From sequence record PP355766.1: a stretch of DNA of 64,000 nucleotides. The stretch is one strand, 5' to 3'. Under the pieces are notes generated by a model. It was not told the DNA's origin. It saw nothing but the letters and a program-made list of their open reading frames with translations, and did not search any database. This document shows, piece after piece, positions 19,815 through 31,211 of the stretch (position 1 is the first letter of the stretch; each line of letters opens with the position of its first letter). The position numbers and the translations under genes were made by a program.

Positions 19815-20416
19815 TACTTTTCCTTCACGTATTTCAACCAATCAACTTTTAATGGGCTTTCTTTCTGATTATACGTAATTCCAACATGGAATGCAACTGG
19901 AGCATCAGGAATACGAATTTCTTCTTCAATGTTGAAGATTTCTACTTTCTCAAATACTCGCATGAAATCATAGTCATATTCAATTGGATTACCCAACCAA
20001 GCCTGAATAGCATACATAACTTCATTTGAACAAGAATAGTGGTTATCTAAATAAGCATCAAACTCTTCGTCTGTGCAATCATATGCAGGAACATCAACGC
20101 CAAAGAATTTCTTGGAAAATTCAGGAGTTACATACTTCTGTTCAGTGTGAAGTCTTTCAAGAACTGCTTCATGATTATAATCAGCATTTCCCATATACAC
20201 ACCACGGCGGCCATTAGAAGAGAACCATTCAAGAACATGAATTACTTGATTAATCTCTTCTTTTTCTAAGCCATAAACCATTTGGGTAGAATACCGATCA
20301 GCATCATTTTCCCAAGTGGTAATTGCCATTGCTAAACCTTTAGGAATAACTTGTCCAAATTTAACCAGAGGACGATAGAAGAGATTATGTGTGGTGGAAA
20401 GGTAAATGGACACCAT
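19814..20416 (-). CDS. Hypothetical protein
   Basis: 200-aa ORF translationally coupled to the NADAR gene. Confidence 0.7.
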   Translation of the reverse strand: MVSIYLSTTHNLFYRPLVKFGQVIPKGLAMAITTWENDADRYSTQMVYGLEKEEINQVIHVLEWFSSNGRRGVYMGNADYNHEAVLERLHTEQKYVTPEFSKKFFGVDVPAYDCTDEEFDAYLDNHYSCSNEVMYAIQAWLGNPIEYDYDFMRVFEKVEIFNIEEEIRIPDAPVAFHVGITYNQKESPLKVDWLKYVKEK

Positions 20417-20461
20417 ACGAGAAGTGTAGCCTTGAATTATTCATAGCCAAGTGCAGGGCCA

Positions 20462-20490
20462 AATAAATACTCCTATAATTAATAGGAGGT
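20462..20490 (+). promoter_or_regulatory. Gene e leader: late-promoter-like TAAATA and an SD-sequestering hairpin
   Basis: CTCCTAT-AATTA-ATAGGAG pairs over the GGAGG; the same control is established for T4 e. Confidence 0.7.
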
Positions 20491-20494
20491 CCTT

Positions 20495-20989
20495 ATGGAT
20501 ATTTTTGGCATGCTGCGTATTGATGAAGGATACGATAGCAAAATTTATAAAGATACCGAAGGGTATTGGACTATTGGTATTGGCCACTTACTGACTAAAG
20601 ACCCGTCAAAATCTTTGGCTATTTCTAACCTGGACAAGCTTGTAGGTCGTTCTACTGGTGGCCAAATTACCCAGGCTGAGGCAGAAGTAATTTTTGCAAA
20701 GGATGTTGAAAAAGCAATTAAGGGCATTGTGGCTAATGCTACATTAAGCCCGGTATATAATATATTAGATGATGTTCGTAGAGCAGCTCTAATTAACATG
20801 GTATTCCAAATGGGTGTAGGTGGTGTCGCTGGATTCCCTGCTTCCATGAAGCTCTTAGCTGCTAAAAAATGGGATGCTGCTGCCAAAGAACTGGCAAATT
20901 CACGTTGGTATCGTCAGACACCTAATCGTGCTCGTCGTGTAATTGAAACTATGCGGACCGGAACTTGGGCCGCTTATCAAGGAAAATAA
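20495..20989 (+). CDS. e: Endolysin (T4 lysozyme)
   Basis: [33 protein letters not shown]. Confidence 0.98.
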   Translation: MDIFGMLRIDEGYDSKIYKDTEGYWTIGIGHLLTKDPSKSLAISNLDKLVGRSTGGQITQAEAEVIFAKDVEKAIKGIVANATLSPVYNILDDVRRAALINMVFQMGVGGVAGFPASMKLLAAKKWDAAAKELANSRWYRQTPNRARRVIETMRTGTWAAYQGK

Positions 20990-21469
20990 ATGAAAACTTA
21001 TCAAGAATTTTTAAATGAATCCCGTTTAGCAACAGTTGGCGTAATGACTGAATCTGTTGGAAGTAATCTTCTGAAATTTAAAAAAGGTCAGAAGATGACA
21101 GCCACGCTAGAAGATGGTACAGAAATTGAAATGGACGTTGTTGGATATAACTACGTAGTAGACGGCAAGTTATATAATAAGAGCCATGCTAAGTTTGATT
21201 CATTCGATGATTTCACCTCTTCTATTGAAGATGAGTCTTCTCGCAAAGCAGTAGCATCTGGCGATGCACGCTCCTTAATGGCATTTGGTCATGAGCGTAT
21301 TAAGTCTAAGCAGAACAAACCTGGTGAAGATAACTTTGCATTAGTAGGTTATCAGTCTGGCAAAACTTCTAACGGTTACCAACGTACTGTTACCATGTAC
21401 ATGCGTAATGGTAAAATTGCGTTCGTAAACGATCGTGGCGCTATTCGTTACGCTAAATCAATTAAGTAG
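20990..21469 (+). CDS. Internal head protein with capsid-targeting sequence
   Basis: N-terminus MKTYQEFLNE; position after e. Confidence 0.8.
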   Translation: MKTYQEFLNESRLATVGVMTESVGSNLLKFKKGQKMTATLEDGTEIEMDVVGYNYVVDGKLYNKSHAKFDSFDDFTSSIEDESSRKAVASGDARSLMAFGHERIKSKQNKPGEDNFALVGYQSGKTSNGYQRTVTMYMRNGKIAFVNDRGAIRYAKSIK

Positions 21470-21821
21470 TGCGAAGACCATACGCCATTACCGGAACATC
21501 GTACAGGTCAACAATTTTGCACAGCTGAACAACATGCTCGGTAGTCAAGAATTGGGCTTCATCAACGAAAACACAATGAATATCACGCTGTGTTTGTGCC
21601 CACTTGAAAAACTCAAGAATATCAATAGATTCGTCTACTGTATTAGCTTCATGACGAAGACCAATACGTGATGTTACCTCGGTGGCAGAATCACGAGTAT
21701 CAATAGCAGGTTTAAGAATGAGAGTTCCCATTCCTCGTTCTTTGTAATTATGCGCCGCGGTAAGAAGGTTAGCTGATTTGCCTGCATTCATGCTCGCGTA
21801 GTTGAAATAAAGCTGTGCCAT
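21470..21821 (-). CDS. tk: Thymidine kinase, 5' fragment
   Basis: YASMNAGKS, VFVDEAQF; middle at 60190-60450, 3' end at 32020-32122. Confidence 0.95.
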
Positions 21822-21988
21822 TAAAGTGTCTCCATAAAATCAGAAATAGCATTCTTAGAACGAATGAGTTCATCGTATTCTTCAGGTAGACCATTTCCGT
21901 AAATGGCACTAATAGCTACTACTTGCTCGGCACCTGCATAATCGTCAATCAACTGCCACAGTTTAGTTTTTTGCTCTTCAGTAATCAT
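21821..21988 (-). CDS. Hypothetical protein (55 aa) upstream of tk
   Basis: Translated by hand; TAATG coupling. Confidence 0.6.
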   Translation of the reverse strand: MITEEQKTKLWQLIDDYAGAEQVVAISAIYGNGLPEEYDELIRSKNAISDFMETL

Positions 21989-22012
21989 CTATTTACCTCT
22001 AACAAGACGGAT

Positions 22013-22480
22013 TTAGCTTTTAGCTTCTTCATATTCTACCACCATAATGTCAATATCAGGTGTTGCTAAATTGATTAATTTCTCAATTAGTTCCCAATCA
22101 CCGCCAGCAATACCAGCTCCAATTTTTGGAATGTACAGAGGACGATTATAAACAATACGACCAGAATTTAGTTCATGGAATGCATTAAAAATTGCGCCGT
22201 AATCAACATTTGGACCTGGAGCATACTGAGTGTATAGATTATAGCAATATGCAGTGCCTTTTTTGTGAATGGCTCGAGTATGAGTTCCAAGCTTAGCTAA
22301 ATTATTGTCATAATAACGGTCTTCATCGATGTCAATATCGAGAATTGGAGGATATGCTTTAGCAAGCTGTCCTGCTACGCCGGCACCCATTGTAGTAAAG
22401 CAATTACACCCATGAGCGATATCGCATTCATGCTTCATGAATAACTCTACAATATTACCCTTGATATATCCAGTAATCAT
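22013..22480 (-). CDS. tk.4: Macrodomain protein (Tk.4-like)
   Basis: IKGNI, AHGCNC...MGAGVA, NLYTQ, PKIGAGIAGGDW. Confidence 0.88.
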   Translation of the reverse strand: MITGYIKGNIVELFMKHECDIAHGCNCFTTMGAGVAGQLAKAYPPILDIDIDEDRYYDNNLAKLGTHTRAIHKKGTAYCYNLYTQYAPGPNVDYGAIFNAFHELNSGRIVYNRPLYIPKIGAGIAGGDWELIEKLINLATPDIDIMVVEYEEAKS

Positions 22481-22554
22481 TTATTCACCTATGGAATTTT
22501 ATATGTTGCATATTCATTAAGATTATTGTATACTCTTAAAAATATAGCATTGTT

Positions 22555-23086
22555 TATGTAGCATTTTATGTTTCTTTAAGAAATGAGCTTTCTCTAGGAC
22601 ATCTGACGCATAAGAGTTTCCTCTTTTGACATTCCATCCTGCGTTATAACTAGCAAGAGCTTTTCGCATATTGCCGTTATGTATATTTAACCAATATGAA
22701 AGCTCAATATATGCCCACTCCGCAGAATTACGTCTGGATTTAAGCATTTTTCTTATTTCAGAATCACTAAGGTTTTTACCTTCCAGTTTAGCTCTGGCCT
22801 TAACGGTGGGTAAGTAATTTTGAAAAACCCCATAAGAATGATGCCCCTTTCCTGCTTTTAAATTGGCTCCTGCCGAAGATTCTTTCCATGATATAGCAGC
22901 CATTATATATCCTAAGCCGTTATTATCGTATCGGTTATGCGGAGATTTTTCCTTTCCGGATTTTTGATATTGTTCACCAAAATTATATGCGTAATGCAAG
23001 TTGTCAAGTTGAACATTACTGAAAGTTGGCTCAGACCCAAAGGCCGTTGAACATAAGGCCATTAGACCGATAAGCGCTTTTTTCAT
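22555..23086 (-). CDS. vs.1: Vs.1-like SLT/lysozyme-fold protein; 3' end chimeric
   Basis: AAISWKESSAG, GVFQ, LASYNAGW; follows regB. Confidence 0.85.
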
Positions 23087-23093
23087 GTTTACC

Positions 23094-23552
23094 TCAATTA
23101 ATGTGTATAACTTTTGTGCTGATTTTACCTTTCAAACGTTTATCATTAACGAATGCCATACGACACTTTATGCTAGGTCCTTTTCCCGGTCTTGGAATAT
23201 CCATAGTAAACCCTAGCCACAGATTTCCATCCGTAATTTCTAACCGCATGGGTTTATACTCGATATTTTCATCAATGTCTTTTGGGTCAATTGGAAGCCA
23301 AGGCATTGCTAAAAATTCATTAATTTCTTTAAGATGATTAGGAATTTTGGAAAGAACAGAGAATACATACTCTTCATCAATTTCACGTTGGATAGCACGG
23401 TCCAACAAATGGTCAGAGTACTTAGTGAAGAAAGGCTCTTTGCCCTCAGCCTTAGCTCGGGCACGAACTGATAAATTCAAAGAGCGAAAAGCTTCCTCAA
23501 ACTTACGACGCAGTTTAGTTCTGCGAATGAATACTTCTGGGTTAGTTGACAT
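23094..23552 (-). CDS. regB: RegB site-specific endoribonuclease
   Basis: EVFIRR.KLRR.FE, YS.HLLDRAIQREIDE, RLEITDGNLWLGF. Confidence 0.95.
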   Translation of the reverse strand: MSTNPEVFIRRTKLRRKFEEAFRSLNLSVRARAKAEGKEPFFTKYSDHLLDRAIQREIDEEYVFSVLSKIPNHLKEINEFLAMPWLPIDPKDIDENIEYKPMRLEITDGNLWLGFTMDIPRPGKGPSIKCRMAFVNDKRLKGKISTKVIHIN

Positions 23553-23574
23553 AGTTCATTCTCCTTTGTTTGTA

Positions 23575-23615
23575 GGGCCATAGTATCATGGCCCGTAAGG
23601 AAAGTAAACTACTTT
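23575..23615 (-). promoter_or_regulatory. T4 early promoter with palindrome over the -10
   Basis: AAAAGTAGTTTAC...GATACTAT; GGGCCAT-6 nt-ATGGCCC. Confidence 0.75.
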
Positions 23616-23647
23616 TTAATATTTTTCTTCTGGTGTGAAATAAATTT

Positions 23648-24335
<688 letters not shown>

Positions 24336-24339
<4 letters not shown>

Positions 24340-24700
24340 TTTTGAATTCCTAATATAGTGTTGATTTTTGAATAAAGTTCTTCTAGAGAACCGTCGTTAG
24401 TTATTACGATATCGCCTTCGCGAATCGGAAGTCCACGCTCTGTGACGTGAGTATCTTTTTTAGAACCTTCTTGCTCAGGACGAACTACATGAATAACTGT
24501 AGCACCCATCGCCCTGGCTACATCAAGTTCATGGTCTTGGCGGGTATCTGGGACAATGAAATAATCATAATCACCAAAAGTATCAGCCATAACCAAAGTG
24601 AATCGTTTCACCCAATACATGCGATCGAGCTTATCACAGACAATGTCAGTCCCAAGGGTCTGCATGAGACGACGAATTGACCATGGCTCAACAGGTTTAT
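24336..24700 (-). CDS. 1: dNMP kinase, 3' fragment
   Basis: RRLMQTLGTD, IVPDTRQDHE, HVTERGLP. Confidence 0.9.
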
Positions 24701-24743
24701 TTATTACAACTTCAAGGAATGGCCCCTTTAACTGGAATCTAAA

Positions 24744-25277
24744 ATGAAACACTTAACTCCCATTTATTTGACCCTGATGCATGCTTTCAGAGACGCTGCA
24801 GACAGACGATTGAATAACCCCAACTATAGCTTTTATGAACCATCTTGCCTTATGCGAGAGTACGGTACCCTTCGTCTAGACGGTGGAAGACAAACCGGAA
24901 AGACCGCAGCCTTATGCCAATTCGCTACCGATTGGTTGCTTGAAGATGGTTCGGTTATAATCTTATCTACTCGATACACACAATCATCTGAACTGATGGA
25001 AGGTATTCTACGAGAATATAATTCATCGCATTTAATTAATAAATTACCGGCTAACGAGATAGCTAAATCAATTGTTCCGATGACAATCAGGGAATTTCTA
25101 TCCAATGATTCCTCTTATAAGTTTAGAGGAAGAAAGTTTGGAAGAGCATTAATTATCATTGAAGAACCAATGAAAGTTCCCGATATGATGAAGTTCTATG
25201 ATATGTACCAGGAAGCTATCAGATGGTCTATGCCTAATGATACCTTACCTTTATTTTTCGTGATAGGAATGCAATGA
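24744..25277 (+). CDS. T4-like P-loop hypothetical protein
   Basis: Walker A-like GGRQTGKT. Confidence 0.7.
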   Translation: MKHLTPIYLTLMHAFRDAADRRLNNPNYSFYEPSCLMREYGTLRLDGGRQTGKTAALCQFATDWLLEDGSVIILSTRYTQSSELMEGILREYNSSHLINKLPANEIAKSIVPMTIREFLSNDSSYKFRGRKFGRALIIIEEPMKVPDMMKFYDMYQEAIRWSMPNDTLPLFFVIGMQ

Positions 25278-25585
25278 TGACACAGACAGAAATTGTTGAT
25301 ATGATTACAGTAATGGAAAATACAGGATTTTCCGATATGAAGCAATTAATAACAATGGTTACGGCTGGAAACCTGCTTGAGTACAAGCGCTACAAGTTTC
25401 TGTCTGGTCCGTTTAAAGGTGCAGAATTCATTTCTAATGCTCCTAACACGAAGTGGATGAATCGCTATCCTAATTTTAGAATTGAGTTTATATCTGGCAA
25501 GCTCAAAGGCGTGATTAGTTCAAGCTTAATCACATATGACCAACGCATTCAAGAGAAAACAATGCAATGGCTGAAATTGTTATAA
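25274..25585 (+). CDS. Hypothetical protein
   Basis: Overlapping operon ORF. Confidence 0.7.
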   Translation: MMTQTEIVDMITVMENTGFSDMKQLITMVTAGNLLEYKRYKFLSGPFKGAEFISNAPNTKWMNRYPNFRIEFISGKLKGVISSSLITYDQRIQEKTMQWLKLL

Positions 25586-25739
25586 AGTGTCCTCCACATT
25601 TAGTTGAAAGCTTCTGCGATTGGTTCAGTAATTCTGGAGAGCAAGATTTCTATGAAGCCCATCAGAATGGAACTTGGAATGAAACCACAAAACAGTGGGA
25701 AGAAGCTACAACGTATATAGGCACTCGCGGATATGGAGT

Positions 25740-26136
25740 TAAAGGATTTTATGCTGAAGCTCCTATTGGAGATAGCATTATCCATATCGATGATGAAGGA
25801 AAACTTACAAACATTCCAATTAGTACTACGGACCCTGAAGAATTCTCCAAAGCAATGGACAAAGTAGTTAAAATTGTTAAAACTGATGAAACCATTGAGC
25901 TTCCTAAAAACTTTAGTCCAAACATGCAATTGCTAGGTAAGAACCCAGGATATATTACTCTTCCATGGTGGATTTACCAATGGATTAAAGATAACCCGGA
26001 CTGGAAATCTCGGCCAACGTCGTTTGAACACCCATCAGCACACCAGACACTGTTTAGTTTAATCTATTACATCAAAAGAAACGGGTCTGTTATGATTCGT
26101 GAAACACGTAATTCTTCATTTGTAACTTTAAAATAA
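25740..26136 (+). CDS. inh: Inhibitor of prohead protease, 3' fragment (fused to an unrelated 5' fragment starting at 25567)
   Basis: LPKNFSPN...PWWIYQWI...RETRNSSFVTLK; precedes hoc. Confidence 0.9.
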
Positions 26137-26145
26137 GGAACACCT

Positions 26146-26730
26146 ATGGCTTATAGCGTATCTATTGCTCCTTTGGCTGCTTCGGCAGTCATTGGAGCAA
26201 CAACCAATTTTACTGCAACAACTTCTGGAGCCACAGCTGAAGGCACAGAAACGTTTGTATGGACTGTAAATGGAGTACCACAGTCTTCTGTTACAGCAGC
26301 TATGAATTATGTTGCTGCAGGACCTGCAGGTAGTAAGACTGTTAAAGTAGTTGCTACTGTTACCCCAGCAGATGGTGAGGCAGAAACTGCTGAGGCAGAA
26401 ACAACTCTGACCGTTAATAACAAAACTATGCCTGCGATTACTTTAACTTTGAGCCCGACTTCTGTTTCTAAAGAAATTGGTCAATCCCAAGTAGTCACAG
26501 CTGATGTTACCGGCGCACCGTCAGGAGCAAGCATTGCTTATGTTTGGAAACGTGGCTCTTCTGTTATTTCCGGTCAAACCGGTAAAACAATTACCTTAAC
26601 TGAATCAACGGAAACCAGCTACACACTGAATTGTGAAGTGACGGTTTCTGCTCCAGACTATAATAATGGAACGGCAACTAAAGGCATCGCTGTTGCTTTT
26701 ACCAAAAAGACCATGAGCGGTGTTTCTGTT
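26146..26730 (+). CDS. hoc: Hoc outer capsid protein, 5' fragment (Ig-like domains)
   Basis: Thr/Ala/Val-rich Ig repeats with Y.W motifs; follows inh. Confidence 0.85.
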
Positions 26731-26734
26731 ACTA

Positions 26735-27007
26735 TATATTTATCAATCATGTCATATTCTTCAGAAACAAGGACGATACTATATTGTCCACTTCAAAGAG
26801 ATGCTTAAACTTGATGGACGTCCAGTAACAATTGATTTAGAAGACATTGCTCGCCGTGATTCTATTGCCCAATTACTGGAACAGTGGGGATTGCTTATCA
26901 TCAATAGAGGGCAAACTCTACATGAAATGCAGAATAATTTTAGAGTTATTTCATTCAAAAGCAAGAATGAATGGACTCTTAAATCCAAATATACGATAGG
27001 GTGTTAA
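26735..27007 (+). CDS. regA: RegA translational repressor, 3' fragment (allele 1)
   Basis: YQSCHILQKQGRYYIVHFKEML.LDG. Confidence 0.93.
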   Translation, partial: YIYQSCHILQKQGRYYIVHFKEMLKLDGRPVTIDLEDIARRDSIAQLLEQWGLLIINRGQTLHEMQNNFRVISFKSKNEWTLKSKYTIGC

Positions 27008-27725
27008 TTGAATTATAGAAAAATCTATTTTCAACTTATTGAGCGGGCAAAAACCCGCTCAGATTTATCTGGATATACAGAAATACATCATGTTATTCCA
27101 AAATCTTTAGGAGGAACTGATTTAAAATCAAATTTAGTTAAATTAACAGCTAGAGAGCATTTCATTGCTCATTGGTTATTGACTAAGGTTTATGATAGTA
27201 ATAAAATGATATTCGCGTTTTGGAAAATGTGCAATGGAAATAATACCAATAGATATGTATCTTCGCACGGATATCAAAGTGCTAAATTAAAATTTAGCAA
27301 CGCTATGAAAGAACGAAAACTTTCCGATTTACATAAAAATAAAATAAGTGATTCTCTTTCTGGTAGAAAACTTTCTATTACTCATGTACAAGCTATTAAG
27401 CATTCTAAATCTTTCGTTTCACTTGAAACTAGAAAGAAAATGAGTGAATCTGGGAAAATAAAAATTTTTACAAAATCACATCGTAAAAATTTAAGTTTAG
27501 CAAAAATTGGACACACTGTATCTAAAGAAACCAAACTTAAAATGTCAAAAGGGCAGAAAATCTCGCAGCGGAAGTATCCGCATTGGAATTATTATGATGA
27601 GCTTTTTGATATATGGAAATGGCTAAATTGCCCAGGTAGAAAGGCTTTCAGAAAAGAAGTTTATAATATTGGATATCCAGATGTAGATTATGCGTCAATG
27701 ATAAGAAATTTTAAAGATGAAAAAT
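27008..27725 (+). mobile_element. Free-standing HNH homing endonuclease (Mob-like, NUMOD3-like repeats); 3' end at a junction
   Basis: YTEIHHVIPKSLGG...NLVKLTAREHFIAH; KLSD.HKNKIS repeats; AT-rich. Confidence 0.88.
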
Positions 27726-28688
27726 GTTACTTCAGCAATTTCACGCCAGTTTTTACGGTCAGTCGCGACGAAATCACCAATATAAAGAGCAGTACGGAGA
27801 GATACGTTACGCAGACGGTTTACGTTATCTTTCATAAATTCCAAAACTTCAATAACTTCGGAATTTCTTAACCCACGGTTCTGTAACATAGAAGTAGTCA
27901 TTATTACATCTTGAACTCGGACCATAATCTCTTCATTAGTGTGAACACCAAGGTCAAGATAAACCGAACGTGATACCAGAGCTTGAAGATGTGGAGCAAG
28001 TTTAGAACCGCGCTCTAATTCACGGTCAATATCAACGTTAGTGATAAAGACCACAGTACCTTCAAACTCAAACTCATTAGGAATTCCTTTATCTTCCAAG
28101 AAAGAAGATGCAGTGCTCCAGCATACTTTACGTTTCTCCCCTGAATCCAAAGCAGCTTTCAGAAGGTTAAGAATGTCCATATCAGAGAATACATCTACAT
28201 CATCAATGAGCAGAACTGAATTTGCTTCACGTGATTCCCAAAGACGGCAGTATAAACCAATTCCTGAGATTTTACCGTTCACTGATTTATAATCAATAGC
28301 GTTAGTATCATGAGCATGTTGTAATGCTTTGTCCAAAGAGTAAGTCTTACCGATACCTGCTGCTCCGGAGATAATCAGAGAACGAATATTCCCATGAATT
28401 AAACCGTTAGTCATTAATCCCATGACGTTAAAGCGTTTCTTGATACGCTCTTTCATTTCATCAACGGATTCAACAACTTCAATTTTAGCAGCTACTCCGT
28501 CAATTGTGATATCATCTTTGAATACCCAAACACCACGCTTTTTACCATTAAGTTCAACAAAGACTTTACCATCACCCTGGCGAGAATCTTCAGCACTTAA
28601 GCTATCCGGGAACCACTCACCGAGTAACTCATAAGTACCTGAAATCTCTTTGCCGAAGTAAATCCCTTTCTTGATGGTGATAGTTTGG
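27725..28688 (-). CDS. nrdC.10: NrdC.10-like AAA ATPase, both ends clipped
   Basis: TI.KGIYFGKEISG, ISGAAGIGKT, LLIDDVD. Confidence 0.88.
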
Positions 28689-29615
28689 TCCGCAGGGTAA
28701 CAAAGGGGATACTGGTCCACAGGGTCCACAGGGTCCAGCAGGTGCTTCAGTAGGTGTTCAGTGGTCTAAGACCGGCAACGCTAGCGATTGGCATACAAAC
28801 TATGCTACTGGTGACATTTACATGCGTCAGCAAGTTAACGGTGTGTGGTCTTCTGCAATTCGTGCAGTTGGGGAGGATGGACAGGTTGGTGCTGATGGTA
28901 AGTATACCTCCCTGAGGTTCCAAGTAGCTGCAACTAAACCTGCTAAACCCACTGGTAATTCTCCGGCTAACTGGTCTGATGCGCCTCCGGATGGCTCTCC
29001 ACTATGGATGGTTAAAGGTGAGTTCAACTCCAGCAACCAACTTCAGGGAGCCTGGTCAGATCCAGTTCGTTTGGACGGTGAGACGGTCAACCTCAACCTG
29101 TTTGCTAACAAAGCATGGATCGCGTCTATAACAGGTGCTAGTGGTAGTGGATCTAGCGTCGCCAAGAATCCTGACGAACTACGCTTACGCATTACTGCAG
29201 GTTCTAGTGCGACTGACGCGTATACCATGCCCAGTGGTGGTGATGGTACGTTCTTCACTAAAGTTACTGCAGGTAAGCGCTACACTATGTCATTCGACAC
29301 GGATAGTGCTCTGGAAATGAGAATGCACGTGTTCTTTATCCAGGCAGGGGCGAATACTACTACTTCATCATTCTCTTGGATAGCATCAACAACTGCTGGC
29401 AGAACCAGCTGGTCGTTCACTGTTCCTGCAGGATGTGATAGGGTATCTGTCCGTGTGTCGCTAAATAACAACCCAGGTGGAACCAACGTTGTTTCCAATA
29501 TCAAGCTGGAAGAGGGAGACTTCGCTACAGCGTTCATTAGGAACGAGCTGGATACTATTGGTGCCGATGGTTCACAAGGTCCACAAGGTCCACAGGGTAA
29601 CAAAGGGGACAAAGG
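28686..29615 (+). CDS. T5-like tail fibre fragment: collagen-like repeats flanking a CBM-like beta-sandwich
   Basis: Starts GPQGNKGDTGPQGPQGP and ends GSQGPQGPQGNKGDKG; higher GC. Confidence 0.75.
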
Positions 29616-29670
29616 AATTTTCATATAACCTCTCTAGTAGAGTTTAATTTTATATTATCCCATGAATAGC

Positions 29671-29689
29671 AAAAAGGGCCCGAAGGCCC
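29671..29689 (-). terminator. Terminator after alpha-glucosyltransferase
   Basis: GGGCC-TTCG-GGCCC-TTTTT. Confidence 0.85.
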
Positions 29690-29694
29690 ATTAC

Positions 29695-30490
29695 TTATTT
29701 TGTCATTAACTCAAATTGTTCTTTAAAGCAATGCTCAGAATCTTGGTGTTCTACCAGGAATTCATATGCTTTATTTCGCTCTTTATCATAGAGCTTCCGG
29801 TCAGATGACAGATGTTTCATTCGTTCAAAGACTTCATTTTTATTTTCATCATTCAACCACAAAATGCCAGAATCATGAGAAGTCAATGGCTTTCCATCAA
29901 CTCGGAATTTCAAAGCATCACCAGTAGCTTTATGGAACACAGGAATAGTTCCACAAGCGCCTAGTTCTAAATGTGTGTATTCCAGCGAACGCTCAAGGAA
30001 TTTATCCGGAAGACGTGACAGCTGATAGCCAAATCCAGACTGAGACATACGCTCAAGCATCTCAGAGTTAACATATCGGTCAAGAACTTGAGGATTCAGA
30101 CCTGGTCCAGTTTTAACCTGATGATAATGGCGGCAATAATCAATTTCATAGCGTTCTTTGATGTTAATAAATGCAGGACTGCGTTCTAACCCTTCCAAGA
30201 TAGTCGTTTTGCCTGCGGGCCGCAGATGACTTTCATGAAAGTCAAACATCAAGAAATAACCTTTCCATGTAGTAGTACGACCAATCCAACGATGGATATC
30301 AAAATCAATGGCAGAGAAGTCTTTCCAATACTTATCACGAATTGCTTTGATGTTCATAGCAGGTTGAAAGTTATAAACCGGAGGAGCTGAGTCAGAATCA
30401 TCAAAGAAACTCAACCCGCCGCTTGGAAAATATTCTTCCATTAGCACGGTTCTAATGAAGAATTTCAGAAACGAGTTAATACTCTGACTG
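29695..30490 (-). CDS. a-gt: DNA alpha-glucosyltransferase, 3' fragment
   Basis: RWIGRTTTWKG, EGLERSPAF, SLEYTHLELGACGTIPVF. Confidence 0.95.
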
Positions 30491-30512
30491 CTAAACTCCA
30501 ACAGGTCATGAA

Positions 30513-30854
30513 ATGATAGAATTATTTTGTTGCGATAAGTGGTACAAGTTTAAAGAAGACTCTGTCGATAAATGGCTAAATAACGCGTCGTCAAAGGATG
30601 TTGAATTCTACAACATGCTTAAATTTAAGCCATTTTTGGTAACAGCTCTGACACAGGACGGGTCTGTTGAACGAGTTAAGACCTTCAACGGTGTTAGCAT
30701 AGATGCTGATGATTTTGATCAGTGGTGTATACTCAATGATGCTGACCGTTGCTATCTCGAAGAAGCCACTGTTGACAAAATTTATCCTATGACTACAGCG
30801 GATAAACTTGAATTAATTGAAAGATTGATTTCTGAGATTAAGGCTGAACTATGA
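30513..30854 (+). CDS. Hypothetical protein (5' end possibly clipped)
   Basis: ORF coupled to the glutaredoxin. Confidence 0.6.
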   Translation: MIELFCCDKWYKFKEDSVDKWLNNASSKDVEFYNMLKFKPFLVTALTQDGSVERVKTFNGVSIDADDFDQWCILNDADRCYLEEATVDKIYPMTTADKLELIERLISEIKAEL

Positions 30855-31153
30855 TAGAAATCTATGGCATCCCTGAAGAAGTTTGGAGATGCCCTGGATG
30901 TAAAGCAGTTCGTGACTTGCTAGATAAGCTGCAACTTCCGTATGAGTTCTATAACGTAATCAACGAGGTTGACGGTCAACCGGTTTATGACCGTCCGTTG
31001 ATTGAGTCACTTGCTAAACGCATCGGGTGCTATCCATCGCTTGCTATTCGGTATCCTGTCATTTTTATGGATAACGTTAAGCAGTATGACATTCCAACAT
31101 TCAAAACCAATCTTATTGCTGCTGGGCATGACCCAGATATCATAGAAGATTAA
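30851..31153 (+). CDS. nrdH: Glutaredoxin (NrdH-like)
   Basis: IEIYG...CPGC...RYPVIF. Confidence 0.85.
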   Translation: MIEIYGIPEEVWRCPGCKAVRDLLDKLQLPYEFYNVINEVDGQPVYDRPLIESLAKRIGCYPSLAIRYPVIFMDNVKQYDIPTFKTNLIAAGHDPDIIED

Positions 31154-31211
31154 CCGGTTCCTTTCTAAGGTCATCTTGGCCACCTTCTGTATATTTCTAT
31201 ACCCTTCATTT

